This document shows positions 10,041 to 19,788 of a DNA stretch of 35,240 bases, piece by piece (within the stretch, counting starts at the first letter, position 1; every line of letters begins with the position of its first letter). The notes under the pieces are model-generated. The model ran no database searches and was not told the origin of the DNA. It was given only the letters and a program-made list of their open reading frames with translations. The DNA is from Nanobdellati archaeon (GTDB taxonomy: Archaea > EX4484-52 > WAPT01), in contig WAPT01000015.1 in NCBI GenBank assembly GCA_015520605.1, forward strand, positions 1 through 35,240, given 5' to 3'. A program made the translations under genes and the position numbers.

Positions 10041-10113
10041 GGGCCGGTGGTCTAGGGGTTATGACGCCGCGCTTACAACGCGGAGATCGGCGGTTCGAAT
10101 CCGCCCCGGCCCA
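10041..10113 (+). tRNA. tRNA-Val(TAC)
   Basis: Acceptor GGGCCGG/CCGGCCC, anticodon arm CCGCG-CT-TAC-AA-CGCGG, T arm GGCGG-TTCGAAT-CCGCC, discriminator A; CCA not encoded; TATA-like TTAATTAAAA at 10011-10020. Confidence 0.97.
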
Positions 10114-10173
10114 TATATATTAACTCTTAACTCTACACTATGTATTAGCAAGCATGTATGAGAGGATGGTCGG

Positions 10174-10722
10174 ATGGGCGCAGACTACATTTTATTGCTG
10201 TTTGCAAGCTCTCTCTGGCTAATTCTACCTGCTTACTTTGCAAATTCTTCCCCGGTTTACTTCACCTCCAAGCTCAAAAAGCTACACCCCATTGATTTTA
10301 ACAGGAAATTTATCGATGGAAGGCCGATTCTCGGGCGGGGGAAAACGTTTGAAGGAGCTTTCTTCGGGATCATAACCGGAACTGTGGTGGGCACAATTCA
10401 GACTCTGCTTCAGGAAAGATTTGCAAGTATTGCTGCGTTGCTTTATCCTATGAGTGTAAAGCTCGGCTTTATTCTTAGTCTTTCAGCCATCCTCGGAGAC
10501 ATAGCTGGTAGCTTTATTAAAAGGAGAGCCGGAATGGAGAGAGGAGCAAAATCGCCTCTCCTTGACTCGCTGGACTTTCTTATCCCCTCCCTTATTGTTG
10601 CAAGAGTTTTTGTTGGCGTTGGCTTTGAGGTGTGCATCTTTTTGCTTGTTATCACTCCGGTAATCCATCGTGCAATGAACGTTCTCGCTTACAGGTTGGG
10701 GATGAAGGATGTTCCATGGTAG
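10174..10722 (+). CDS. carS: CDP-archaeol synthase
   Basis: LPAYFANSSPV, PIDF..KFIDGRPILG.GKTFEG, GDIAGSFIKRR.G..RG...P.LD.LDF, C-terminal MKDVPW. Confidence 0.92.
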   Translation: MGADYILLLFASSLWLILPAYFANSSPVYFTSKLKKLHPIDFNRKFIDGRPILGRGKTFEGAFFGIITGTVVGTIQTLLQERFASIAALLYPMSVKLGFILSLSAILGDIAGSFIKRRAGMERGAKSPLLDSLDFLIPSLIVARVFVGVGFEVCIFLLVITPVIHRAMNVLAYRLGMKDVPW

Positions 10723-11203
10723 TGCACGCATTAGCGTGCAGGATGTTGTGTGGAGTAGCGTGATATTCGCAGCAGCTCTTACCGGGCTGTTTCTTTACGC
10801 TACGAAGAAGAGCATTATTTTTCTTGCCGTAATGGAGGCTGTCGCAGTTCTTTTCCTTTTCAGAATTAAGTCTGACAGGATAGCATTCATAATTTCTCGT
10901 GCTACTCACACCCTTATCACTATGGTAGCTTTTTTTAAGCATACAAGCATGTTAATTTGTGCAACATTCCCAATGACAACGCTTCTCCTTCTTAATAACC
11001 CTCTGTTGATTCTTACCGTTAAGAGTAAAAAAACAAGAATTAAAATCGTTATGAGAAGGGTATCCGGCGATTTTTTTCTTCTGAGCTTTCTTCTTTCTTC
11101 AGGTAGTGTGGCTGGAGTCATTGCAGCGCTCTACCTTTTTGTGAGCTTCTTTTTGTTCCTTTCAGATCTGGGAACACTCAGAAAAAATAAAATTAAGGGA
11201 TGA
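10709..11203 (+). CDS. Hypothetical membrane protein
   Basis: 164-aa hydrophobic ORF overlapping the carS end and filling the gap to the next gene. Confidence 0.55.
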   Translation: MFHGSARISVQDVVWSSVIFAAALTGLFLYATKKSIIFLAVMEAVAVLFLFRIKSDRIAFIISRATHTLITMVAFFKHTSMLICATFPMTTLLLLNNPLLILTVKSKKTRIKIVMRRVSGDFFLLSFLLSSGSVAGVIAALYLFVSFFLFLSDLGTLRKNKIKG

Positions 11204-11861
11204 TCTTCCTCCCAACTCTCTGGCAGTACCATCTGAGAATCCGTGGTAGTGGTGTTTTCCTACCAGCAATACCGCAATTACCTTTAGCTATTTTCTCAAG
11301 CACACTTTCTGCATCTTTTTTCGGAGAGTCAACGACAGTATAGGCGTTTCCCACTTCCTTCCAGTGGTGAGCATCGCTTCCCGCGATCATACTCATGTTG
11401 AGCTGCATCGCAAGAATTAACGCCTTCCAGTTTCCTATCGCGCTTCTTGAATTGAAAGCTTCCACACCATCAAACTCTCTTATGATGTGGAACAGCTTCC
11501 TTCCGCTGCAGGACTTCCAGTGGAACAGCCTTCCAAACGGGTGAGCGACAAAAGCATAACCTCCAGCACTCCTTACCTTTTTCAGGAGCCTTTGCGCCTT
11601 TATTCTCTTTGGAAAGCTCCTATCGATTCCATAAACAAGAACATCACCTTCCTCACACCGCACTTCCTGCCCTTTAATAAGCACCATCCCGTGTTTTCTT
11701 GCGATCCTTTCCGCTTCATCAAGACCTGCTGTTGTATTATGATCTGTTATTGCCACTCCATCAAGTCCTTTTGCTCTTGCTGCAAGCAGAATCTCCTTCA
11801 CGGAGCTTAAGCCGTCCTTGGAATGGAGAGTGTGTACGTGCATATCAACTGCGAGCTTCAT
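11193..11861 (-). CDS. PHP-domain metal-dependent phosphoesterase
   Basis: DMHVHT..S.DG, AITDHN, AHPF, GVEAFNSR and GSDAH motifs. Confidence 0.92.
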   Translation of the reverse strand: MKLAVDMHVHTLHSKDGLSSVKEILLAARAKGLDGVAITDHNTTAGLDEAERIARKHGMVLIKGQEVRCEEGDVLVYGIDRSFPKRIKAQRLLKKVRSAGGYAFVAHPFGRLFHWKSCSGRKLFHIIREFDGVEAFNSRSAIGNWKALILAMQLNMSMIAGSDAHHWKEVGNAYTVVDSPKKDAESVLEKIAKGNCGIAGRKTPLPRILRWYCQRVGRKIIP

Positions 11862-11914
11862 TCGAGAAAATTCTTGAAAAGGTTATAAAAATTTTGACAA
11901 CACTTCTCCCTTTC

Positions 11915-12907
11915 ATGCTTAAATCCACGGCAACTGGGGAAAAAGTAAGCAGAACGTTTGGTCGGGTGTTCTCAAGACTGCCATTATCCCCCATGCTCTA
12001 TACGCATCTATCTGTGGGTTTCGCGTTGCTAGCAACTCTTATCATCTTTCTGAAGGGGATGTATCTACTCGGATTTGTGTTCTTTCTCTTTGCGTTTTTG
12101 ATGGATCTGGTGGATGGAGCAGTAGCAAGAGCGAAAAACAAGGTTAGCACTTTCGGAGCGTTTGCTGACGGTGTGGCTGACAGGGTTGTGGAGACCATGT
12201 TCCTATTCTCCCTGGGTGGTATGTTGCTTAGAGAGTGGTTGGGAAACGAAGTCCTCTTTCTCATCATGGGTCTCATGGCAGCAGGAACCTACATGACATC
12301 CTTTGTTAAGGCCTATGCGGACCACCGCAGCGCTATAACCAAGGAAGAGGTTGAGGAGATACATGGCATACTTGAAAGAGGAGAGAGAAGCATCATGCTT
12401 GTACTTGCGATGGCTTTCGTTATTTTGAAGCGAGCGAATCTAGCCTTTTACCTCCTTGTTTTAACATTTATCCTTGCGTGCATTACGGTTTTGCAGCGCT
12501 ACATCTATGTATGGAGAAGAGCGAGAAAGAATCTCAAAGCACCACGGGATGGAGAATGCTCCGCTCCCCTAAAACAGGTGATTGTGGTCAGGAAGGACTT
12601 AAAAATGGGCAAAGGCAAGCTTGCAGCTCAGGTGGCCCACGCATCCCTTTCAGCCTTTTTGATCTCTGATGAAAAAAAACGGGAGGAATGGTTGGCATCC
12701 GGACAGAAAAAGATCGTGCTCAGAGCCGAGAATGAGGAGGAATTGATCAAACTCTGCAAAAAAGCGAGGAATGCCGGGCTTAAGCCTGTGCTCATCAGGG
12801 ATGCTGGTTTAACACAGCTTGAGGAAGGAACCATAACGGCACTCGCAGTGGGCCCAGATGCCGAGGAAAAGCTCAATAAGATTTTTAAAAGCTTAAAGCT
12901 ACTTTAA
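11915..12907 (+). CDS. CDP-alcohol phosphatidyltransferase read in one frame with peptidyl-tRNA hydrolase Pth2 (fusion as sequenced; possibly two genes joined by a 1-nt insertion)
   Basis: DLVDGAVAR..G...DGVADR motif and TM helices, then from about 12572 KQVIVVRKDLKMGKGKLAAQVAHAS..GQKKIVL..DAGLTQ...GTITALAVGP (Pth2); start moved to ATG 11915. Confidence 0.85.
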   Translation: MLKSTATGEKVSRTFGRVFSRLPLSPMLYTHLSVGFALLATLIIFLKGMYLLGFVFFLFAFLMDLVDGAVARAKNKVSTFGAFADGVADRVVETMFLFSLGGMLLREWLGNEVLFLIMGLMAAGTYMTSFVKAYADHRSAITKEEVEEIHGILERGERSIMLVLAMAFVILKRANLAFYLLVLTFILACITVLQRYIYVWRRARKNLKAPRDGECSAPLKQVIVVRKDLKMGKGKLAAQVAHASLSAFLISDEKKREEWLASGQKKIVLRAENEEELIKLCKKARNAGLKPVLIRDAGLTQLEEGTITALAVGPDAEEKLNKIFKSLKLL

Positions 12908-13240
12908 GTGATGGAGATGGTAGAAAATGAAGGAAAAAAAACAATGAAAAGAAAAGACACAACATCTTATCTATTGTTGATAGTGCTTATTGCGATCACA
13001 GCGGTTTTCTTTGTCGGATACCAAAGGATAACAAAGTACAGGATGCTGGAGGAAAAGTGTAAGGCAATAGAATCGAGTCCCGACCTTCTATATCCATGCA
13101 GGTGTGTTCCAAAGCTGAAGGATGTTGGTGTGAATGAAAGCGATGCCGTTTATAAGAAAACAGAGCCCATGTGCGTGTGTACCTGTGTGATTGATCCAGA
13201 GAAGAACATCACAACCACAATTGAGGTGCGGGTGGCTTAA
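12908..13240 (+). CDS. Small single-TM protein with Cys-rich C-terminal domain
   Basis: Abuts the upstream stop; TM YLLLIVLIAITAVFFVGY; C...PCRC...CVCTC. Confidence 0.7.
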   Translation: MMEMVENEGKKTMKRKDTTSYLLLIVLIAITAVFFVGYQRITKYRMLEEKCKAIESSPDLLYPCRCVPKLKDVGVNESDAVYKKTEPMCVCTCVIDPEKNITTTIEVRVA

Positions 13241-13280
13241 TTTCATTTTAAGATGGATGGTGCTACTACTGTTTCTTTCC

Positions 13281-14519
13281 CTACGTCTCTTTTTTCACAA
13301 CATGGTCTGGCAGGATGGTGTAGTTGATGATTTCTTTCAGGAAGGTGGTGGCATAGGTAGACTTCCTGAGCGCAAACCTCAGGATAAGCTTATTTTTACC
13401 TTTAAAAAATTCATCCCTCCCTATTTCAAGAATTTCAAAGTCGTGGACCTTTCCAAAAGCCTTTCTGTAACGTGTTGTGGTCGTTAGATGCTTCTCCTTC
13501 TTGAAGTAGAACATTTCAGGCTTTATTCCTTCTTCTTTAAGCAGCTCATCCAGCAAGTCGTGCCATCTCTCCCTTACGACGGGCCGGGAGTAATCATAAC
13601 CCACCACCGGTATCCTTAGCTTCTCATCAAAATAACCGGATTTCACAACCTTTTCAAGCAGCCTGTTGAAGAGATAGGACTGATAGGAATTTATGACGAA
13701 CCTCTGAAATTTCTTCGGCAGCGAGAGAAACGCCAGCTTGAAGTCATTAGTCTCTATTAACGTTTTCAGCATTATCCTTTCATGTTCATACTTTTTTGGT
13801 AAGATTTCAAGAGCCTCTCCATATCTTCTTTTTTCTATGAGCTCTCTGGCCAACCTCATCCTTTCGTCCATCTCCTTTTCTTTGAAGGCAGTAAGATAAA
13901 ACAGTACACCCCTTTCAAATTCCCTTAGAACTATGTATTTGCCAAAAAGGTGTGTTATCTCTCTCTTTGTGCCAAATCTCTGCTCACCGTAATAATTGGG
14001 AAAGTACCCTCCAGTAACATTAAAGTAGTCCTCTATAACTTCCCTTATCTCTTTTTCATCGTTCTCAATATTTCTTATCGTTATGGTGAACCGATTTCCC
14101 CACAATCCACCCAGAAAAACCTTGTTTCCGTAACGGATGGGTACAATCTTTATGTCCTTAAGATCTATATTCTCAACATCTTCCCTTTTGACCCTATACA
14201 GTCCGATGAGTTGAGATGTCAGCGCGTGTTTGTCTTTAAGCCCGGCAAAGGTTATTTTGTCCTCTTTTTTTATGCGTAGCTTCTTTCTCAGTTTTGACAC
14301 AGCTTCAAATGTGTCGTATCCTTTTTTTATGAGAACGCAGTGAAGGAACTTCCCCTCACTACTTTCATCGAATATGTAATCTCTATCAATCTCGAGCACC
14401 TCATGCCTGTGAGGCATTTCCTCAACAACAAAGTCCTCGTACTTGTATTTTATTATTCCTTCTATCCTTTTTCCCTTATATAGGGGCTCGAAATGCATGC
14501 ATTTGTCACCGAAAAGCAT
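13281..14519 (-). CDS. truD: tRNA pseudouridine(13) synthase TruD/Pus7
   Basis: EDFVVEE, AGLKDKHALTSQ (catalytic Asp), GNRFTITIR, NYYGEQRFG, QSYLFN and YATTFL.E motifs. Confidence 0.95.
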   Translation of the reverse strand: MLFGDKCMHFEPLYKGKRIEGIIKYKYEDFVVEEMPHRHEVLEIDRDYIFDESSEGKFLHCVLIKKGYDTFEAVSKLRKKLRIKKEDKITFAGLKDKHALTSQLIGLYRVKREDVENIDLKDIKIVPIRYGNKVFLGGLWGNRFTITIRNIENDEKEIREVIEDYFNVTGGYFPNYYGEQRFGTKREITHLFGKYIVLREFERGVLFYLTAFKEKEMDERMRLARELIEKRRYGEALEILPKKYEHERIMLKTLIETNDFKLAFLSLPKKFQRFVINSYQSYLFNRLLEKVVKSGYFDEKLRIPVVGYDYSRPVVRERWHDLLDELLKEEGIKPEMFYFKKEKHLTTTTRYRKAFGKVHDFEILEIGRDEFFKGKNKLILRFALRKSTYATTFLKEIINYTILPDHVVKKET

Positions 14520-14584
14520 ATATATTTTCTAAGCCCAAAATAGCGAAGGTGGCTTAACACAACTATCTCATGGTTTTATCTCCC

Positions 14585-15622
14585 TTACTGGGATGTGGCC
14601 GTGCCCCGCCCATCGTGGCGGGTCACGGTTTTCACTTCCTTACGAAGAATTTCTTTCAGTTTCTCGGTGGATTTCTCATCATTTACAGATGTTTCAACAC
14701 AGATTACATCCCTATACTTTTGGTGAAGATATTCCTTCGCACTTTCAATGACATCTCTCATCGCTATGTCTATTTTGTTGAGACAGCATATAGTTTTAAG
14801 GTGGGGAAATAAGCCCCTTAATCTCCCTAAGAGCTTGAGTTGTTTTTCCAGCTTGTAACCACAAGTCTCGCTAACGTCGATAATGTAGAGCATTATTGCG
14901 GGAAGAGTAGAGAGCGCGGTTATTGCTTTCTTTTCTATCTCTTTCATTCTTGAAGGATCCCTGTCAAGAATGCCAGGAGTATCTATGAGCTGAATTTCAT
15001 CGTTAAGGTATCCCACCATGAGCTTCTTGGTTGTGAATGGGTAGTCCGCTATCTCGGGCTTGGCCCCGCTAAGCTTCCGAAGCAGGCTACTTTTTCCGAC
15101 ATTGGGGTAGCCGGATATTATGACGGTGGGCATATCTTTTAGGGAGGGGAACTCCGAGGAAATCTTTTTTACCTCTATGAGCGTCTGGAAAGCGTCTCGC
15201 CTCTTTTTTATTACTGAGCTTACTCTACCGTAAAAGGATCTTCTCAGAGTTTTAATTTTCCTTACAGATTTTTCCTGTTTGATTTTTTTCTGGTATTCTA
15301 ACTCGAGCTCCCTAACTTTATTCGCTATCCAGCTGAGGGTGGCAAGAGCCTTTTTTACAGTCTCAAGCGGCATATAGATGGACAGCAACTTTCTATAAAA
15401 CTCAGGCACCTCATCCAGATTTGGAACGCTCTTTATTATTTCCTTTATATTATCCCTGATAACGTTACTCACCGTGCTTATCTTCTGAAGCTCTAGTAGC
15501 TTCTCCCTCATCACCCTATCCTTAATATGCGGATCAGCACTTATCTTACTCGCTCTTCTGAAGGCCCTGTCCACAAGTTCCTCATGCGTTGGAATATGCC
15601 TAATGGTCTTGAAGGGATTCAT
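14585..15622 (-). CDS. Nog1/GTPBP4-like GTP-binding protein (ribosome biogenesis)
   Basis: EELVDRAFRRA N-terminus, GYPNVGKSS, YPFTT, DTPGILDR and NKID motifs. Confidence 0.93.
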   Translation of the reverse strand: MNPFKTIRHIPTHEELVDRAFRRASKISADPHIKDRVMREKLLELQKISTVSNVIRDNIKEIIKSVPNLDEVPEFYRKLLSIYMPLETVKKALATLSWIANKVRELELEYQKKIKQEKSVRKIKTLRRSFYGRVSSVIKKRRDAFQTLIEVKKISSEFPSLKDMPTVIISGYPNVGKSSLLRKLSGAKPEIADYPFTTKKLMVGYLNDEIQLIDTPGILDRDPSRMKEIEKKAITALSTLPAIMLYIIDVSETCGYKLEKQLKLLGRLRGLFPHLKTICCLNKIDIAMRDVIESAKEYLHQKYRDVICVETSVNDEKSTEKLKEILRKEVKTVTRHDGRGTATSQ

Positions 15623-15676
15623 AGGCTAGATTTTTGCGTGGAACATTTAAAAGGTGATTTTACAGAATTTTTCACC

Positions 15677-15958
15677 ATGAAAAAAATAACCAGTGCGGAG
15701 GTTGAACACACAAAAAAGGTAATCGAAGTTCTTCGGGACCATCCTTACGGACTCTGGATAAGGGAAATTGCTAGGCGTAGCGGGCTGCATATGGAGCAGG
15801 TGAGAAGGGTTGTTTCCGCATATCCGGAGCTTTTTGAGGAGTATGCAGACTTCACCACTTATGGCATAAATCTCAAGATTATCAGGTTAAAAAGGAGGGT
15901 TTCAACAAAGAACCTCGAGAGGCTCTTGGAGATTCTCAAGCAGGAGAGGGAGAGCTAG
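15677..15958 (+). CDS. Small winged-helix DNA-binding protein
   Basis: Start moved to ATG 15677 (TTTAAA 26 nt upstream); VLRDHPYGLWIREIARRSGL helix-turn-helix. Confidence 0.75.
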   Translation: MKKITSAEVEHTKKVIEVLRDHPYGLWIREIARRSGLHMEQVRRVVSAYPELFEEYADFTTYGINLKIIRLKRRVSTKNLERLLEILKQERES

Positions 15959-15959
15959 C

Positions 15960-17063
15960 CTAAACATGTGCGAGCTTTTCATATTCTTCCTTAATTATCT
16001 TTTTGAGTTCTTCGAGCTCCACAGCATTAATTGGAATTGTGGCTCCTGCAGCAGGAACATGACCTCCTCCCTTACCGGAACCAACTCTTTTGACAATATT
16101 CCTTGCAAGCAGACACATGTTAACCTTCTTATCCTGTCTCCTGAAACTCAGGTGATAAGAACTGGCACCAACCCAAATCACAACGATGGTTCTGTCCGGA
16201 AACATGACTTTTGAGAAGTGGTTTGCCACCAGCGATTTTAGATTGTAGGGTGAGGAGGCATTGAGAATTATCAACTCTTCGTTCTCAAGCTTTCTCGCTT
16301 CCCTCTCCGCATCATTCATGATCTTGGTGAACTCCCTTTCCACATCTTCAACTTCCCTGGTGATCTCGCTCTGCAGGAACTGGTTCAATGTGTCGCACGA
16401 TGTGAGGATGTGCAGGGTTTTATCGACGAGCTCATAACTCTTTGCTCTGCAGAACTCAATGAGATTTGCGGCTTTCCTCACGTCTTCCATTTTTATTTTG
16501 AACTCCTCAAGAACGTCATCCATGAACTCCTTCCAGACGGTTTCTGCACAATCTCCGTAGATGCCTATTGCCGAAATCCATGCAAATTTCTTGATGGTTT
16601 TGTCAAGATATGAGATGAGATCGTACAGAAGTTTGGCCGCCGGATAGCTTGAGGCAAATTTTTCATCCACATGGTAAGCGCTGATGTAGGTTATGTTGCC
16701 ATCCTTTTTTTTCAGTTCACCCGTGGAGACATGATGGTCTATAACAAGCATTTCGTTGCATTTGGATGCTAGGAGCTTGAGAGTGCTGACATCAGACTCA
16801 ACGTTGAGGTCGAGAGTTATTATTCTGGAATAACCATCAAGCTCTGCTTTCCTTATCGTTTCGGGAGTTATGGCAACCTTCTCTCCCTGGTTTAGCGTGC
16901 TCAGCACAACATCCTTCACTCTTTTTTTTAGGAATCTTAGCAGAAGAGCAGCCGAGCTCACACCATCCGGATCCGGGTGATAGATCACGAGGATCTTTTC
17001 CCCAGCACCGATGTTCTCCACAAACTCCCTAAACGCCTCAACTTGGTATTTCGCAGGCTTCAT
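15960..17063 (-). CDS. DHH family phosphoesterase with DHHA1 domain (RecJ/NrnA-like)
   Basis: YHPDPDG, TLD, IDHH, IGIYGD, SFR and GGGHVPAAG motifs. Confidence 0.92.
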   Translation of the reverse strand: MKPAKYQVEAFREFVENIGAGEKILVIYHPDPDGVSSAALLLRFLKKRVKDVVLSTLNQGEKVAITPETIRKAELDGYSRIITLDLNVESDVSTLKLLASKCNEMLVIDHHVSTGELKKKDGNITYISAYHVDEKFASSYPAAKLLYDLISYLDKTIKKFAWISAIGIYGDCAETVWKEFMDDVLEEFKIKMEDVRKAANLIEFCRAKSYELVDKTLHILTSCDTLNQFLQSEITREVEDVEREFTKIMNDAEREARKLENEELIILNASSPYNLKSLVANHFSKVMFPDRTIVVIWVGASSYHLSFRRQDKKVNMCLLARNIVKRVGSGKGGGHVPAAGATIPINAVELEELKKIIKEEYEKLAHV

Positions 17064-17700
17064 AAGCCCTCACACATTCCAGGATCTTTCGTTTTGCGTT
17101 TCTCATTATTGCCCTTCCATGTCCCGGAAGCAGCATCTCGAATTCGAGGCTGAGAATCTTCTCAAGTGATTTGAGCATGTCTTCATCACTTCCGCCTATG
17201 AGATCAGTTCTGCCTATCGTATGGTGAAAAAGGGTATCGCCACTTATCAGTATTTTTTTGTCGGGCTCGTAAAGACAGATACTTCCTGGTGTGTGGCCCG
17301 GTGTGTGCACCACAACGAATTTATGGTTTGCTGTTTTTATCCTGTCTCCATCTTGAAGAAGAAAATCCACGCTGTCACGCTTTATCTCTCCTCCGAAAAA
17401 GTGGTAGTAAGTTGCTTCCTTGTTCTTTTTGAGAAGCTCAGCATCCTTAAAATGCATTCCGACAAGCGCCTTCTCGAATATGAAGTTCCCGCCCATATGG
17501 TCGAAGTGCAGGTGTGTGTTTATGATCCTTTCAATCTTGTTCGTATCTATTCCGGCCTTTTTCATAAGTTCCAAGAGCTGCCCGTGCAGAAGACCTGTGG
17601 TCGTGTCGATAACAAGTTCGTCATCCACCACATACACATTGCTATCCAGTTTTCCCATGTAGATCATCGTTATGCTATCCGTTATTTCCTCGACTCTCAT
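17038..17700 (-). CDS. MBL-fold metallo-hydrolase (glyoxalase II-like)
   Basis: THLHFDHMGG, HTPGHTPGS, SGDTLF, GRTDL and PGHG motifs. Confidence 0.93.
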   Translation of the reverse strand: MRVEEITDSITMIYMGKLDSNVYVVDDELVIDTTTGLLHGQLLELMKKAGIDTNKIERIINTHLHFDHMGGNFIFEKALVGMHFKDAELLKKNKEATYYHFFGGEIKRDSVDFLLQDGDRIKTANHKFVVVHTPGHTPGSICLYEPDKKILISGDTLFHHTIGRTDLIGGSDEDMLKSLEKILSLEFEMLLPGHGRAIMRNAKRKILECVRAYEACEIPS

Positions 17701-19077
17701 TCACTCACCATTCTTTTTTGCGTACTCTGTCAGCACTCTGAGCGCTTTCACAGCCCTTTCAGGAGTCGGGTATGCAGGTATGCCTTGCTTTTCAAAACTT
17801 CTTAGCAACACTCGTGTGTATTCTCCTCCAGCTGAACAAACTATAAGGGGTTTGTGCGTTTTTGCGTTTGCCTCGGCAAGAACATCCATTATTTCCGAAC
17901 TTAGTGGTGCTAATTGGAAAAGTGTAATTACGATAATCGAATCAACATTTTCATCATTCGAAACAATTTTAAGGGCTTTCCTGTACCTTTCAGCGGTAGC
18001 GTCTCCTATCAGATCCAGCGGATTATGTACAGAGGCGTAGGATGGAAGTATCTTGCTCAGCTCTTTTACGGTGGATTCTGAAAACTCCGCAAGCTTCAGA
18101 CCGTTTCTCACAACACAGTCCGCTGTTATGACTCCCATTCCACCTCCATTAGTTATGACAGCCACATTCTCACCTTTAGGATACTTACCGGTTGCAAGAG
18201 CCCGTGCATAGTCGAACATTTCCTGTATGTTTTCCGCCTCTATGGCATTACACTGCCTCAGAACCCCCCTAAAGACCTCGTAGCTTCCAGCCATACTTCC
18301 GGTGTGGGATGCCGCAGCCTTTTTGCCAGCTTCACATTTACCCGCCTTAAATATTATAACGGGTTTTTTCTTTGTAGCTTTTTTGAGAGCTTTCATGAAC
18401 TCCTGTCCGTTTTCCACCCCTTCAATATACGCAACTATTACTTCGGTATCCCTATCCCAAGCAAGAAACTCCAAAAGTTCGCTCTCTCTTACATCCACGC
18501 CATTACCGTAGCTCACAAATTTGTTCACGCCAACCCCTTCTTCCGCCATCCAGTCAAGGATGACAAGCCCGAACGCCCCGCTTTGAGATATAAAACTTAT
18601 CCTGCCGTCCTGCGGCTTCTTCATTTTGTAAGGAGGGATAAACAGAGTATCCACACCACTTGAAGGACAGTAGACTCCTATACAGTTCGGCCCTATAATT
18701 CTTGTTTTTCTGCCAGATCTTTCTATGAGCTTTTTGAGATCTTCCTCTCTTCTTATTCCCTCCCCCCCTATCTCCCTGTAGCCGGCTGTTATCACTATCA
18801 CAGCCTTAACACCTTTTTTTATGCAGTCTTCTATGGCTCTGTTCGCTATATCGGGTCTCACACAGACGATCGCTAGATCGACAACATCCTCAATTTGCAA
18901 CACCCTCTGATAGCACCTGTGACCGAGAATCTCGTCAGCGTTAGGATTGACAGGGTAAACTCTCCCTTTGAAACTGCTCAGAAGGTTTCTGAAAATGACA
19001 TGTCCTACCTTCTCCGGATCTCGGGATGCACCAATAACCGCTATGCTTCTTGGTTTGAAAACTGCCGTTAGACTCAT
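17701..19077 (-). CDS. acdA: ADP-forming acetate/acyl-CoA synthetase alpha subunit
   Basis: PRSIAVIGASR, GPNCIG, SQSGA, AAASHTGS (phospho-His), TNGGG.G and NPLDL.GDA; likely start ATG 19077. Confidence 0.93.
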   Translation of the reverse strand: MSLTAVFKPRSIAVIGASRDPEKVGHVIFRNLLSSFKGRVYPVNPNADEILGHRCYQRVLQIEDVVDLAIVCVRPDIANRAIEDCIKKGVKAVIVITAGYREIGGEGIRREEDLKKLIERSGRKTRIIGPNCIGVYCPSSGVDTLFIPPYKMKKPQDGRISFISQSGAFGLVILDWMAEEGVGVNKFVSYGNGVDVRESELLEFLAWDRDTEVIVAYIEGVENGQEFMKALKKATKKKPVIIFKAGKCEAGKKAAASHTGSMAGSYEVFRGVLRQCNAIEAENIQEMFDYARALATGKYPKGENVAVITNGGGMGVITADCVVRNGLKLAEFSESTVKELSKILPSYASVHNPLDLIGDATAERYRKALKIVSNDENVDSIIVITLFQLAPLSSEIMDVLAEANAKTHKPLIVCSAGGEYTRVLLRSFEKQGIPAYPTPERAVKALRVLTEYAKKNGE

Positions 19078-19158
19078 GCCTCGATTTTGTCGTAACATCT
19101 TTATATGGATTTCCATTCGATGGGATAAATTTCCCATAAATGAAGCAAAAAAATAAAA

Positions 19159-19590
19159 TCAGGAAGAACGAAGAACCGTGGCATAAACGAATATAGTCAC
19201 TATAGAGGCTCCGATAACTCCGTAAGCAATTGGTGCGTATTTCACCGGCGGCAATGCGAGGTTGAGCAACATTAGGGCAAGAATCGATAGCAGGATGATG
19301 AACGTTGCCCCCCTTGTGTAAATCATAAATCCAATCCAGATCGCGCTGCAGACTATTGCACTCAGCAGAAGATACATGAGAAAATCTACACCAACTGTCT
19401 GTGTTCCACCACTCATGCTTGCTGCGATGCCCACTATCACTCCAACCAACGAGCTCAGCGCTACTCCCAAAACGAGTAGAACACCCTCCTTCATCTCCAA
19501 ACTTTTCTCCCAACCCACATTTTCCTTCATTTTTGTCACCTCCACTCTGGGGCCGGGAGGGATTTTCACCCTCGTTATTCTCCGGCCCAT
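19159..19590 (-). CDS. Hypothetical four-TM membrane protein
   Basis: 143-aa ORF with four hydrophobic segments. Confidence 0.7.
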   Translation of the reverse strand: MGRRITRVKIPPGPRVEVTKMKENVGWEKSLEMKEGVLLVLGVALSSLVGVIVGIAASMSGGTQTVGVDFLMYLLLSAIVCSAIWIGFMIYTRGATFIILLSILALMLLNLALPPVKYAPIAYGVIGASIVTIFVYATVLRSS

Positions 19591-19788
19591 ACTGTTGAAT
19601 AAGAAAACGCTCTCATCCGTCCCGAAGCCAGAAAGAGAACTCTGCTCGTCTTTTTGTAATTCCCGTTTCGTGGTGAATATTTAAAAAGGTATTGGGAAGG
19701 AATGACGACAGCGTTCTTCAAATCAGAAAACCCTCTGTCCCGGCTTTTTTCCCAGAAACTGTGGACTGTCTCCCACCACACAATCTCC

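Noticed and set aside
11699-11914. N-terminal extensions in the ORF track (also starts at 329, 15527, 19137, 21947, 25400, 28786 and 34132 minus)
   Set aside because: They overlap opposite-strand genes, RNAs or promoters; family homology or a signal peptide begins at the downstream ATG
19575-19781. 68-aa minus-strand ORF in the long intergenic gap
   Set aside because: It runs through a TATA box, has no protein-like features and overlaps the next gene's start
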